From: Botryllus schlosseri
Lineage: Eukaryota
DNA length: 64,000 nucleotides
Direction: 5' to 3'
Assembly (NCBI GenBank): GCA_051294905.1
Contig: CM119381.1
Span: 17,174,001 to 17,238,000 of the forward strand
Part shown: positions 1 through 12,593 of the stretch, piece by piece
Position numbering within the stretch: the first letter of the stretch is position 1
Layout: every line of letters begins with the position of its first letter
Program-made: the position numbers and the translations under genes
Notes under the pieces: generated by a model
The model's database searches: none
What the model saw: only the letters and a program-made list of their open reading frames with translations
Told to the model about the DNA's origin: nothing

Positions 1-86
1 ATGTAATTATCGGTGGCGAGTAAGGTGGTAGTACGCTCTACAGCTGTAACAACAACGAATTCTTCGGCGATTGGACATTTCCATTC

Positions 87-364
87 CAGGGGTTCTTAAT
101 CAGGGTCCGTAGACCCCGTCGGGGTACGAAGCACCACATCAGGGAGTAAGAGATGCATTGTAGAATTTGTAGACCCATATGCTGTGGAATATTTTCTTGG
201 CCAATTTTTTCCAACTGTAAAATAGTCTTCGTGTTACACACGATTTTGTGAATGGGCTTTCTGATTTAAATAGCTACCATAAGAAATTGTGTTGAAAATG
301 GACAGGGGCTACTACTTATTGGAAGCACAGGGGGTACGATCACTAAAAAGGTTACGAAGCAATG
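87..364. mobile_element. Degenerate hAT-type MITE
   Basis: Begins CAGGGGTTCTTAA..GGGTCC and ends GGGGTACG..AAAAAGGTTACGAAGCAATG, resembling hAT MITE termini; no clean TSD found. Confidence 0.4.
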
Positions 365-914
365 TTATTACTATGGCTCAATAATGAGTGCATCTAAGTT
401 GTTATTGATATATCGAAGGCAAAATATTATGCTTTTTTTAATTTGTGTTTGGCAATGACAGTAACAATAGCCTATAATTACCACAACGATATCAAAACCA
501 TAGGATTAGGCTACACCGCTCAAAAGCTCTGATATCAGATCAATCTGTTAAAATAGTCTACATGAAGTTGTTGCTCGTCATAGGTCCACTACTTGCAATA
601 TTATAACCTGACAGTTTAACGACGTCATGAATGCATGCATCCTCTCACATGAAGTCTATAACTAGTTAATTAAAAAATTCTCCCCGGCACAAAAAGAATT
701 TCATTCAAATATTTGAAAATGTGATTTTTTTACGTATCAAAAAGCGTTGATAGTACAATAGTAAATTACATTTACACGATGTTTTTGGAATGCCTGTCTG
801 CAAGGTCCCGTCAAATAAGGCCATTAAATATCCCTATCATTGATGCTGCGGCCCGCGGCGTCATCAAAACTAGGAAATTGGCCCGCGAGCACGTTTGAGT
901 TTGAGACCTCTGCT

Positions 915-1687
915 GTATAGTGTCCAGCATAGTTTGGATATCAATATCCAACATAGTCTGTGGTCACCTTACCACTCTATTCTGCAGCATCATTAAGAAC
1001 TTTGACAAAACTTACAAGTGGATTCAATTTGCTGTAAGTATAACTGTCATGCAAAACCGGGTGATTCAGTCAATCCCTAGAGCATTCAAAACTTCAACTA
1101 TATACTACAACTTGGGTCCAATAAGATCACACAAAGTATAGTGTCATAGTTGAGCTTTACATTTGTATTGACTGATGATCGATCCCTTCTGAAACGGGGA
1201 CTTCGTTCACCACTTGCATAAGCGCCTTTGCTTTCCCTTGATGAAAATACAGCATGTAGGCTACAGCCGCTTTCTTCACAATAAAGCAGTCATGCTGTAA
1301 AGGTTTTTGTGAAGCAGGTGTTGTTTGTTCATCATGTATTTCGTACCTCAACATGTCCTGAATTAATCTTAAATCATCATCTGCGAACCTACCAACACTG
1401 CGCATTCATAATCCCTGTCGGTAGCTGACTCCAGCAAGTTGATACTGTCGTGATCATTGAAGCATAGCCAATCAAGAGCCGTGGTTATTTGATTACTAGT
1501 CTTCTCGCCGTTCTATGGTCGGTGGCGCGCCCATTCCTGGGCAGCTACTTTCAAACGCTTTGACCGAAATCTTAAGGGCTTTCCTGTGAGCTTCTTTCAG
1601 GCTCATTGTTGTTTTTTATCAATAATCTACAGAATGAGACACAATCACTGAGTATTTTTAAGATTTTCCAGATTTTGGACAACCCTA
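915..1687. mobile_element. Single arm of the hAT foldback family seen intact at 36927-38537
   Basis: Collinear with the arms at 36927-37710 and 37812-38537 and ends in the same terminus GGACAACCCTA; truncated on the left by another hAT end (GTTTGAGACCTCTG, ~895-912). Confidence 0.85.
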
Positions 1688-2442
1688 GTGACTAGTCAAA
1701 AATTTTAATTATATTCTGCAGTGAATTAATTTTATTTCCAAATTGAAAGTAATGAATTACATTGTTGATACAGTGGATGTGTTGATATGAGGTATCGAGA
1801 AAGTGATAGTTAATTACCAAAAAAAAATATTTATTTGCCGTCATAATTCAAAACAATGTTAATCATGATACATTCTGAACGATTTTTTACTTCCAGGCAC
1901 GTTTTTCTATAAAGACATTAAATTGTATTTGGGATACTACAAAACTTGTCTTGATCCCCGCCTCCCAAGCACTGTGCAGTGCAGCCTGGTGAAAAAGCCT
2001 GGTTGTTTAGGGAACCTAGCAGTTCTTCCAAAATTCGCCCTCCCTTGGTTGAGTTTCTCTCTGTGTTTTTTGTCATAGCATGAGACCGACAGACGAAATT
2101 CGATAAAACAATCTATTGACTTTTTGGCAGTATAAATGGTTCTAGCAAACACCAGGGTCGCATTTCTTTCACAAGAAAACAAACAGTCAAAGATCAATGA
2201 GGATTTCGGCTCGAATAAACTTGAATTGAACCACATATGACACGCCTTACATCAAAAAGACAGTAGAAAATTTCTCGTTCCGATGGAGTTTCCATTCTTT
2301 GCTAGTGAGTTGTATAATATTGTTGGTGTCGTTGGTTGATTTTGAATTTTAGAGGTTTACCGGTTCACAAGCAAAGAAGTTTGAAAACCGCTGACATAAT
2401 CACGAAAAAGATTATCATAAAATACTTAATCAATTCACTCAC

Positions 2443-3390
2443 TGGTTTTCCACGTTGAGTTCATTCTGCCGTGAGAGTACTCCCTCAACAGTCACACTAT
2501 CATACCAAATAACTCGACTTCCAGTGACAGCACTGTGCATCTCATCGGTGAGATATTTCACAAAATCTTTCAACCTATCAATATCGTGAGGCTGTTGAAA
2601 GAACATACAATTCGTAACCATGACTTATGATTTGGGAGGATGAGCATACAACTAACCTCTATATCATTTTCAATGTTCAGAAGCCAACCCTCGAATTTAT
2701 AATATTTGGCAATATTCACAAGCGCATCAGCGACCAATTTCCATGCAGAGTCGCTTGAAAAAATAGCTTCACATCTGCAATGTCATGAATTAGAGCAAAT
2801 GCATCAACCTGAAATGATGGAATTTCAGTAGGCCTACCTCTTGAATCCCACGTCGCCCTCAGTTATGAATGTGCCCAACACGGCCACGCCATTTGTGTGC
2901 GCACAATTGATCCACCCTACTGGCGGTATGGTGACAAAATGATGACTAAAGTAGACAAACGTGTCAACCACATCCCAATAAGCCATGTAATACCATTTAC
3001 CATCCTTACACAGTGTTCCCTGTACGAATCTGCATATGGATGGATCAGCAATATTCTTCCCGTAGGAATTATAATTTTTTTTGGATTTGAAGGATAATTT
3101 CCAAATTCAATTTACCTATCATCCAAGTATCCTCCTCCCATATCATGACACACCAGGGTCTTCGGTGATCCGTCAGGTATGTCTTTTCCATGATATGGCA
3201 CTGACGCAATGGAGAAGGACTGACCCTTGTCACGACTACCCTCTGCTCTCCAAGCCAACAGTTCTTCCAGGTCGTTGAGTGGTTTGGTCACTGGAAGACC
3301 GTTCTCAACACTCCTTCCTTTGAATTGTGTGGGTTCATTGTAGGTCACATTCAAGTGGATTTCTTTTGTGATGCACGGTTTTTCTGCCAT
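2443..3390 (-). CDS. ENGASE: Endo-beta-N-acetylglucosaminidase (GH85) paralog, exons 1-4 only; 3' exons not found in the window
   Basis: Exons 3390-3116, 3029-2838, 2774-2657, 2591-2443 have GT-AG ends and the same lengths as copy 2 (275/192/118/149 nt). Motifs CHDMGGGYLDDR, HHFVTIPPVGWINCAH, catalytic WLLNIEN, WYDSVT. No homolog of exons 5-6 seen in 1-2440. Confidence 0.8.
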
Positions 3391-3744
3391 TTTGTTTCAA
3401 TTGGATTAGGATTAGGGTTTTCCTACACAAACAAGAAAAAACTGTTGATGAATAATTTTAATAACTTGTTCATGCCTACTGGCCTCAAGTCAGTTAACAG
3501 ATTCACCAACCACATATTTTATTAGCATGAAGATAAATTATTGAGACGATTTCCCAATGAACCACGTTATATCACGTCTTCACATTATATTAGGCAGCCA
3601 AAGACTGTTCCAGCTTCCAGGTGTATCATCAAAAACCACCGATGACAACCTTTTCAAAAGTCATTTCAAACTTTCAAGCGAATTTTGTTTCCTGAATCTG
3701 TGCAAGACAAAGACCGTAACAAAGACTTTATCAGAACTTTTCAA

Positions 3745-4520
3745 CATTATAAAATTACCAACACTATCACAGAAGAAGCGGAACACAAAGGACGGATAAT
3801 GCTAAACTATAGCAGGGGCAAATACAGAGTCGAGGTTGAGGTCAAAGTTTTGGTTGATTGCTTCTGGAGGGATTTCAACCTTGCTGTGCTTAATTAAAGC
3901 TGATCTATATCCGGTGTTTTGGCCTGTACTGTAGTTTCGGCATCCCAATGAATATGTGAAATCAAAGTTGACTATTACACTTTTTCAGCTATACGAAAGT
4001 AAATCTGTATAGAATCTGTGTTAAAGATATTGATGATAGTGTAAACAGAAGGTATAAGCGACACAACTACATAACCCAAAATCGGCAGGATGATCTTACT
4101 TCTAAAGCTAGCAAAGTTCAGCTGGTAAGGAATTGAGAGTCGTGCACAGGCATTCGTGAAGACTAACATGCTGCTGGGTCATAATTGGCAGACTATGAAT
4201 AGGCTATAGAGGCGTATAGTGTAACAAAGGATCAGACAGGCTCTTTTCGACAACTACGTAGGGCAAGACAAGATACCGATTCTCAAATTTTGCTCACCCA
4301 CAATGTCCTACAGCAAGAGCTAAAACATGTATAGATATATGCACAAACGACAAGACAGACTTCAACACAAACAAATGATAAAGATTATATTCAGAATTCA
4401 GATATTCGACATCTCAATAAACTCACTAAATATAATGTAACCAGATGAGTAGCCTACAAACCAAACCATAAATTGCCTTTTCAAGAGAAGGCAATGGACT
4501 AGGTTGCTGGATGTGTGCCG
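3745..4520 (-). pseudogene. PIGP: PIGP pseudogene, duplicate of 9815-10854
   Basis: Collinear with the intact PIGP: ATG changed to ATC, frameshift in exon 1 (PSPLPSLEKAIYG..), exon 2 partly deleted, exon 3 remnant IILPILGYVVVSLIPSVYTIINIFNT, exon 4 has GAG>TAG (~3812). Confidence 0.85.
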
Positions 4521-5934
4521 GACAAAGAACCATCGTAGATTCGTAGTTATTAATTAACTAGAAAATCTTAATGCTAAATAATAAGTCTTAAGAGCCCAGT
4601 AAAGCAATTTTCAGGAACCATGTGCTGAGAACGTGCGCTCAGTACAAATAGTAAAGAATTCAAGTCACATTTTTAATTTGAACAAAAACCATCAAAGGCA
4701 AATGATCACACTAACCACAAAAATTCTGTAAGATTCAAGCAAATGCAACTCTTTTAGCATTAAAATATGATATGTTTGGTTATAATTCAAATAAGCAAAA
4801 CTTCTAGAATTAGAGTATCCATCATACGTAAATGTAAAATTAAACTTGAATATAAGAAGGTCCATCCTGATTTTCATTTGGATGTGAATAAACTGCCTGC
4901 AAAGTGTTCAAAACCCAAACACGTCGGTCGCTGGCAATGGGGGAGGGGTTCAATTATTGCACCAAAAAAAGCTTCTCAAATATGAAGCGTAAAGTGAGCT
5001 ATGGGATATTTTCAATCATATTTTTAACACGATAATCAGCTCCAACACTGATGCGCTTTGGGTGTGTTTGGGCCATGGTACCCATTTATATAAAAACAGG
5101 GACCGTAGCCTACTTTAGTCTGCAACATAGGAGATACAAGTATTGTGCAACTGCTCAGCATTCTCTATCATACATACCACACATTCATACACACGAACTA
5201 AATATTGTAATTTTAGACGTTATTTTTCATATATGGGCTAGGCTGCCGTGGCTAAATAAATTTTGTAACTACGAATTCAGATATTGCAGTCTACTTCCGA
5301 AGACATTACACGCTACTTTCGAAGTAGACTAGCCTACACTTTCAGATTGCATTTTCATTTTCTGCAGCCAGAGTAATAAAAGACCCAGTAACACAGTTTA
5401 TTACTCATAAAATTTAACCCTTACCGCAACAAAGAACTCTTGAAATGATGCAAACGGCCAAGCAAGTAATGCATCTTTCTTTTAGCCATGGTTGCTTTGT
5501 TTGCATAGGTCATGTCCATACAATCGTCCTTCGACATAGTTTGGTTGAGTGTCTAAACTAGGTTATAATCTACTAATGTAACAGCTAATACCTGAAATGA
5601 GGATCACGTTTTGAGGAAATGAAAGACAAGTCAAACTTCTAGCTAGGTACATCATATAAACTGTATCTCAAAGTTCTATTCCATGTATACCTTTCAACTT
5701 CAATTTTGCCTTAATTTCTACACGGAAACTATGCGTCAATGACATACAAAACACAACATAAGATCATATGTTTAAAAAATCAATTTGATGATCGCAATAT
5801 TGAGTAGAGCATTTCAATAGAGACAAAGAGTTGGGAAAAAGATTCAATATACATCTTGAGTTGTGTTACGTTGTTTCTAATTTACCAACAAGATTTCATA
5901 TACAATTACGATTGGGAATATCTATCTCCCGATT

Positions 5935-8900
5935 TTATCCAAATCGTAAGCCGCACGAGACGGGTATGGGACCGGTAGTCTTTTCCCCATAGGTTACTGC
6001 AAGCTTGCCGCACTTGCAATTCGAAAATCGAAGTGCACCTGATTTCCTATACGAACGTACGGGATGTCTCTGTTCGGCTTTAATCACGAATTTCCCTTCC
6101 GGTCCATGGCGAACTGGATCTGGCAAGTGCAAGTTACAAATTCGATACTTGTCGCAGTAGGCAATCCCTAATTGTTTGGATTCGCTTGTGTCGTCGGAGC
6201 AAAAAGACAAGATCACAGGCAGGGATTCGTCTATTCCACCAAGGCAGAGAGTAGAGCTGAAGAGTAAATTCGCAAAATCGTCTGCTTTTCTCCAGGTCAC
6301 GTCGTCAAGGGATAGATCAATTTCATTGCCATCAATGACGAAGTGTTCCCAATCGACGTCGACATTAGTTGGCTGCGCCAGCACTGCAAACTCAAGGATT
6401 TCAACTTTTTCATTCAACGTGGTACATTGGAAGTCCACAACCGAACAAGGATTCACAGAGAAAAACCGTTCTGCGCGATCGGACCCAGACGAGTTTTCCT
6501 TGCACATCACAGTCACTTCTACCGAAGTGTGCCGATCTCTGACTACCTTGTAAACGCTAATACTACCACAATGGTGGGGTAAGGCTCTCATTCTGACTTT
6601 GAAGAATACTTGACCTTGACATTTAGAAAGTATGACTTCGTGAGGTCGACTTTCAACGGGGACAGGCAGCAAGGGGCCAGACGACATGTGAGGAAGCAAA
6701 GACTGACGGCTGAGATGAAGGTAGCGCAAACCATCGCGAACCTCAATACCAGGGTGAAAATCGGAGTAAAAATGTGAATGCGGTACGTTAACGGCACGGC
6801 GTTGACAATAAGGAGCTAGCGCTTTCCAGAATTTCGCTTGATTGATTTCGAAATCTTCAGAGCCCAGAACTTCCTTCACCCAGCCCGGCGCAAATATCGC
6901 AGCCGATAAGGAATACCTGAAATTACATCTGTAATTCATCATCGAACGAAAAAAAGTGCACGGGTCTCACCTTCTGGATACTTCGACAGCGACGGCACTG
7001 TTCATGCCACCTCCTCCATAACAGCCTCTGCCGAACACATCCACTCCCACATAGACATCCGACACTCTGGACGCAACCATCGCTAACTCAGCAGACCTCT
7101 GCAGACCGATTTCATTCCATGTGTAGTTCAGAAAAATACCATCGCAGCGGTCGAAAAATGGTCTGTTATAAAAGTTATAACATGTTAGGGGCACATGCCC
7201 AGCAGTTAAGCTAGAACTGTATGAACCGTAATGGGTTTCAAAGTAAAATGCTCTTTTAATACAGTGCCTAATACGGGGCGTTGCAATCATAGTAAGTTTA
7301 GCACAGGGCTTTTCAACCGGGTGTGTCATACACCCCTGAGTGTACCACGATTTGTAAAGGGTATACCACTTGGATGGGGTGCACTGGGGTGTACCAGATT
7401 AGCATTACAATGGATAGATGACTAGCTATCAGAATAAGTAGGCAAGATGATGCTGCAGAACAGGTTAACTGGACGTGCAATATCGTGTAATATTCATATA
7501 ATCTATACGCAGTGGACCCAGCGGTTGCCCGACATATGAGCATGCAGCACAATAGAGAACGACAGTTGAGCAGGGAACACTTCAGCATGCGTCACTTGGG
7601 CATGTAACTTGATGACCCAAAAACTAACCCTAACCCGAAATATCCTCCTGCAATTAATCCTTATGTATATCGCAACCCAAACCCTGAATCCAACCCTAAC
7701 CCACTCCTAACCCGTACTTTAACCCACATGCTCATGTGTAGCATGCCGAATGGTCGCATGTTATAGTGTCGCATGCCCATCTGTTCACCGACTCTACGCA
7801 ACTTGTAGACTGCATTCCTTTTGTGATGTCATAAGCAAATGTCTCTGCCTTGCAGGAACTCCAATAGAACCAGCATGTACAACAAAATATATATAATATA
7901 TATCTAAAAGACAGCAGCAAATTTCTCATTCAGTAAGAGTTTATATTATTTGCTGTTTAGTTGGATCACAGTGTCATTGTCATTGTTAGTTTGAAGTTTG
8001 GAAGTTTACCGGTCCACAAGCTAGGAGGGTTGAGAACCACTGCAACAATCACCAAATATTCGATTAATTCACTCACTGGTTTTGCACGTTGAGTTCGTTC
8101 TGCCACGATAGCACTCCCTCCACAGTGACACTATCATACCAAATAACTTGGCTGCCAGCGACAGCACGGTGCATCTCCTCAGTGAGATATTGCACAAAAT
8201 CTTTCAACCTATGCATGTTTTCTGGCTGTTGAAAGAACAGACAATGCCTAGCCTTGACTTATGAATTGCGAGCATACAACTCACCTCTATTTCGTTTTCG
8301 ATATTCAAAAGCCAACCTTCAAATTTATAATACTTGCCAATGTTGACGAGTGCGTTTGCGACCAATTTCCACGCCGAGTCGCTTGAGAAAATTGCTTCAC
8401 ATCTACAATGCCTGAAATTTGCATTATTGCATCAACATGAAATGATGAAAGTCAAGTACCTTTTGAAGCCAATGTCGCCCTCAGTTATGAAAGTGCCCAA
8501 CACGGCCACACCATTCCTGTGTGCACAATTGATCCACCCCACTGGTGGTATGGTGACAAAATGATGACTGAAGTAGACAAATGTGTCGACCACATCCCAA
8601 TAGGCCAAGTAATACCATTTATCATCCTTGCACATTGTTCCCTGTACGAATCTGCATAGGAACAAATCGACATAATACAAACCATTGGAACATGAAAAAT
8701 TTTCAATTACCTATCATCCAAGTATCCTCCGGCCATATCATGACAAACCAGTGTTTTCGGAGAGCCGTCAGGTATGTCTTTTCCATGATACGGCACTGTT
8801 GCAATGGAGAATGACTGACCCTTGTCACGACTACCCTCTGCTCTCCAAGCCAACAGTTCTTCCAGATCGTAAAGTGGTTTGGTCACTGGAAGACCATTCT

Positions 8901-8985
8901 CAACACTCCTTCCTTTGAATTGTGTGGGTTCATCGTAGTTCACATTCAAGTGAATTTTTTTCGTGATGCATGGTGTTTCTTCCAT
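5935..8985 (-). CDS. ENGASE: Endo-beta-N-acetylglucosaminidase (GH85), full length ~635 aa, 6 exons
   Basis: Exons 8985-8711, 8651-8460, 8402-8285, 8225-8077, 7162-6971, 6916-5935 join in phase. Motifs CHDMAGGYLDDR, WLLNIEN (N-x-E catalytic pair), WYDSV..WQNELN, CDGIFLNYTW, VYVGVDVFGRG, SAAIFAPGW. Confidence 0.93.
7590..7800. repeat. Degenerate (TAACCC)n-rich interspersed repeat, possibly Helentron/DINE-like
   Basis: Irregular TAACCC/AACCC units in ENGase intron 4; a similar tract in the opposite orientation at ~17520-17680. Family assignment is inference. Confidence 0.35.
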
Positions 8986-9074
8986 CTTATTTCAATGGCT
9001 AGGATTTTCCTAAAAACAAGCAAATGGTCAGTGTATAATAAGTTAAAAAGCTTCTTGGAGGTACAGAATTTCAA

Positions 9075-9570
9075 TATACAATTGCATAGTATATTCATAA
9101 TGAAATAAACCCGAATATTTTCGGCAGACACTCGTCAGGGGTAATCGTCAGCAACTAGTAGAGAATTGGAAAGATCATTGTATATCAACAATCGTATCAC
9201 AAAATATGACGTCATCAGCATGAAATGAGATCTCAAATAGGAGAGCGTTCAATGTACTATTTTAAGATGGTACAGGAACACGAACTCCTTTTGTAGACAA
9301 ATCTTGGGCTGATGTATTTTGATAAAGGTCGACTCCAAGGCACACAGATAAAAGTGTGTCCGGCCCCTTCCGATGACGAGAAATCTGTTGTCTCGATTAT
9401 TTTTCGCACGAGCAGGATTATCCAACAGATGTTTGCCAATGGCAGAATTTATGGCCTTCGAACGCTCAGCATCAAGCTTGAGCGGACGAGTCAAGGGTAA
9501 GCTTTTCACCGAACGTGATGCACGTGTTCTGATAAATCTAGGGACATGCTGGTTCATGCGTTCCTTCAAC
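9075..9570 (-). mobile_element. 5'-truncated Penelope-like retroelement: GIY-YIG C-terminal region plus pLTR-like tail
   Basis: ORF 9249-9632 contains LKERMNQHVP..SAIGKHLLDNP..NRFLVIGRGR..LESTFIKIHQPKICLQKEF, typical of the PLE endonuclease C-terminus. The tail 9075-9230 recurs at ~35540-35670 and in part at ~36450 and ~38835. Confidence 0.75.
9109..9142 (-). ncRNA. Minimal type I hammerhead ribozyme motif
   Basis: Minus strand reads ACCC-CUGACGA-GUGUCUGCC-GAAA-AUAUU-C-GGGU: conserved core, 4-bp helix I, palindromic AAUAUU helix III, UUC cleavage triplet. Helix II has only one clear G-C pair. Confidence 0.6.
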
Positions 9571-9814
9571 CACATCGCAAGATAGATTATTAAGATACAT
9601 GTCCAATGAATCACATTACATCTTGACTTCACAATATATCAGGTAGCCAATAGCCATAGCCTCTTCAAGGTGTAAAACTACCGGTATATCAAGAACCATA
9701 AATGACAAATGGGATTGGATTAATCACAAAAAGTCATTTTGAACTTTAAAGCGAATTGCGTGTTTCGTAAATCAGCACGAGACAAAGACAAGAACGAGGA
9801 CTAATTCAAAAATT

Positions 9815-10854
9815 TTAAATATTACTCACACTGTCACGGAAGTGGTGGAACACAAAAGACGGATCAAGCTCAACTATAGGAGGGACAAATCCAGTACCGA
9901 GGTCAAAATTCCGATTGATTGCTTCAGGAGGAATTTCTATGTTGCTGTGCTCTGAAAAGGTTAGAACGGCTGAATAACTTGTGTTTTAGATAATATGTAG
10001 CATCAAAGTCAAATTGGAGACTATCAGAGTTTCTTGCATTGACTTAAATTACTTAAATTGTTATTAACAGAATAATCAAGAATCCCTGGCATTGACGGTG
10101 ACTTGCATGATCACATAAATATAAATTACAGTGAATCACATCAACATGTTTTATACTGTGAAAAATTTCGAAAATAATACCTTGAATTTCGCGATGCAGA
10201 TTTTCTGTGTTGAAGATATTGATGATGGTGTAGACAACGGGTATACTCAGCACAATCACACAACCCAAGATCGGCACGATTATTGCCCACGCCCTATGAA
10301 AAATACTCACATCACTTACGTTTATACCTAGTCGAGGTCAGGCAGTATGGAATTGGCATTGGTGTATCATTCACATGCATTTTCAAACATGTTGAGGGGT
10401 GACAATTGGCTAACGATTAACTCATTGCCAATTAGCCAGGCCAAAATATGGATTCTCAAATTTTGCTTGTGCACAAATGCCTATGGTGTGCTTGCTTGAA
10501 TACATTATTTTCAAAGAAATAATAGTGGCTAGAGCTAAAACATCAAATATGTACAGAAGAATCTCACAATATCGAGGCAAATAGAATCACTAATAACATA
10601 ACAAGTAACTGCAAGAATTCCATTAGAAGAATGACTTACTTTGTAGGTAAATATGTCAACCCGATGTCCTTCAGAACTTGATCAGGAATATAAGCCCAAA
10701 CAATGAACAGACCTTAACAAATGACTAAGATTCAGTTCAGAATTCAGGCATTTGATATTTCAATGAACTCACCAAATATAATGTAACTAGACAAGTACAA
10801 AACAAAACCATATATTGCTCGCTCTGGAGAAGGTGATGGACTAGGTTGCGGCAT
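9815..10854 (-). CDS. PIGP: GPI-GlcNAc transferase subunit P, 134 aa, 4 exons
   Basis: Exons 10854-10773, 10712-10640, 10293-10181, 9951-9815 are GT-AG and in phase, giving MPQPSPSPSPERAIYGFVLYLSSYIIFGLFIVWAYIPDQVLKDIGLTYLPTKAWAIIVP..VPPIVELDPSFVFHHFRDSVSNI*. This matches the PIG-P signature PSP.PERAIYGFVL..W..IP...L..LG.TY.P.K.WA. Confidence 0.93.
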
Positions 10855-11129
10855 GCGTATCGGAAATACTCAAGATATGTAAATATAACTATAGCTATGA
10901 ATTAAAGCTGTCCGACCAGTTCTGAATTTTTGATGCTTAATAAGTCCGAGCGTCAACGCTGTCAAGTATAGCAATTTGCGAAATACAAGTTCAGTTCAGG
11001 AATAGTGTGCTGGGAATCCGAACTCATTGTGAAGAATTGAACTCGACGGTTGGCCAATTTTAAACAGTGCAATGGAATAACCTATTTTGTGTTACTTCAC
11101 TCAGTTCACTGGCTTACTGATTCATTCTG

Positions 11130-11400
11130 CGTTTATATTACTATTGTATAATTACTAGTCAGCGCTCGATATTACCAAATCACGATTCGATATATTAACC
11201 TCGGCTTCCGACATTTGCATCTCTTGCTTTTTTATGTTATCTTCTGTTGCTTTTCATTCACAAGTGTGCATGTCTCGTATTATCTACACCATAGGCGCCG
11301 GTGTTAGTCTGATTTCAATTACTACTTCAAGTCGTTTCGACACCTTCCTATCTTTGCACTGTTTAGAAATGTTGTGGATAAAATAATAAATAAACTGATG
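11130..11400 (+). mobile_element. LINE 3' UTR remnant
   Basis: Shares the motif GTCG(T/C)TTCGACACCTTCCT(A/G)TCTTT with the LINE tail at ~12135 and ends in AATAAA-type repeats. Confidence 0.4.
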
Positions 11401-11609
11401 AGCTTCGTGTGAGCACTAAAATATAAGTGTAATTGTTAAAACGATACCCCGTCGATAAGTCGACCTCTATACATTCTCCTCTATGTGAATTACCCCAATT
11501 CTTTGAGGGTTAACTCATTCACTTGACATCGCTGGTGAATTTAATGAGATTCTGGGATCATAACTCATAATTAGCACGGTATTGCAACAAATTTGCAGCA
11601 ATAGGGCCC

Positions 11610-12230
11610 CAAAGGGGCCTGGCTGCCCATCCAACAAGTCGCTGCTTAAGAGATTCGGCGTCCTAAACATAGAAGATATGCGGAAACTAGAAATCGCCAA
11701 GTTTATGTATCAGTTCCACTGCGGTCGTTGCCCCGAATATTTCAATGACTTCTTTACCTCGGAATCAAAAGCGCACAAGTACAACACACGCGCGTCCACG
11801 TCGTCCAAATATCATATGATCGACCGAAAAGATCATCGCTCTATCAAATATGCCGGACCTGATGTGTGGAACAGTATCCCGCCGGCCATCCGACAGTCGA
11901 CGAGCATGTCCACATTCAAGTCGAAATACAAGCAATTACTACTAAATAAATACAGTCCATCCTCAAGATTACCGGACCACGACTGACCTATCGATCTCGC
12001 TTCCCATGACATGCCGCCCTATTTATTGTCGCTTTCTTTTTCTATACTATCTTCTTTACTTTCATTCAGTGTGCATGCCTCCTCTTTACATCGCCTAGGC
12101 CAAGGTGGGTGTCAGATTCCATAGACTGCTCCTTGTCGCTTCGACACCTTCCTGTCTTTTCATTGTATCGCTTTTTTTTTGTGGTGTATTGAACTGATAA
12201 AATTGCTAATAAACCAATGATGATGATGAA
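11610..12230 (+). mobile_element. 5'-truncated non-LTR retrotransposon (CR1/L2-group), ORF2 C-terminus plus 3' UTR
   Basis: ORF 11582-11986: LNIEDMRKLEIAKFMY..FNDFF..HKYNTR..SIKYAGPDVWNSIP..IR..S..FKSKYKQLLL is the characteristic ORF2 tail; followed by a pyrimidine-rich UTR and AATAAA. Confidence 0.8.
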
Positions 12231-12593
12231 TACATCAAGGTACGCTGCATCGCAGCACTGAATGCAAATGTTTTGATTACCGGTGTCGATGCTTATTCAG
12301 GCGTGTCGTGGTAACATTCGGGATAATGGATAAAATTGTGAGCATCCCGACAATGGACTGTTCAAGTAAAGGAGAAGAATAGTTTAATTTACTACAAAGA
12401 CGGTAGTCATGCCTGATGACATGATGCACTGCTCCAATTTGGAATCGAGGACTGATTCACCTCAACGAATATCTAACCTTTGAACCTACGATTTTTGCCA
12501 CAGTCGGCATCACTTTTGGCTCTCAGTCACTTCGCATGACCTTGTTTGCGTTTGCTACTTCAGTTTGAAATTTTTGTCGAAAGATTAGAAGAT

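Noticed and set aside
1937-2236. 99-aa ORF as missing ENGase exons or a new gene
   Set aside because: No similarity to ENGase exons 5-6 in any frame and no recognisable motif.
8946-9131. Alternative-frame ORF overlapping the ENGase start (IEIRWKKHHASRKKFT)
   Set aside because: Its similarity to the left copy is explained by conservation of the ENGase frame; no supported start or compatible upstream exon.
9815-10310. TM-encoding exons as an N-terminal membrane anchor of ENGase
   Set aside because: They assemble in phase into a complete PIGP with its own stop at 9815, and an in-frame TGA lies between the ENGase acceptor and its ATG.
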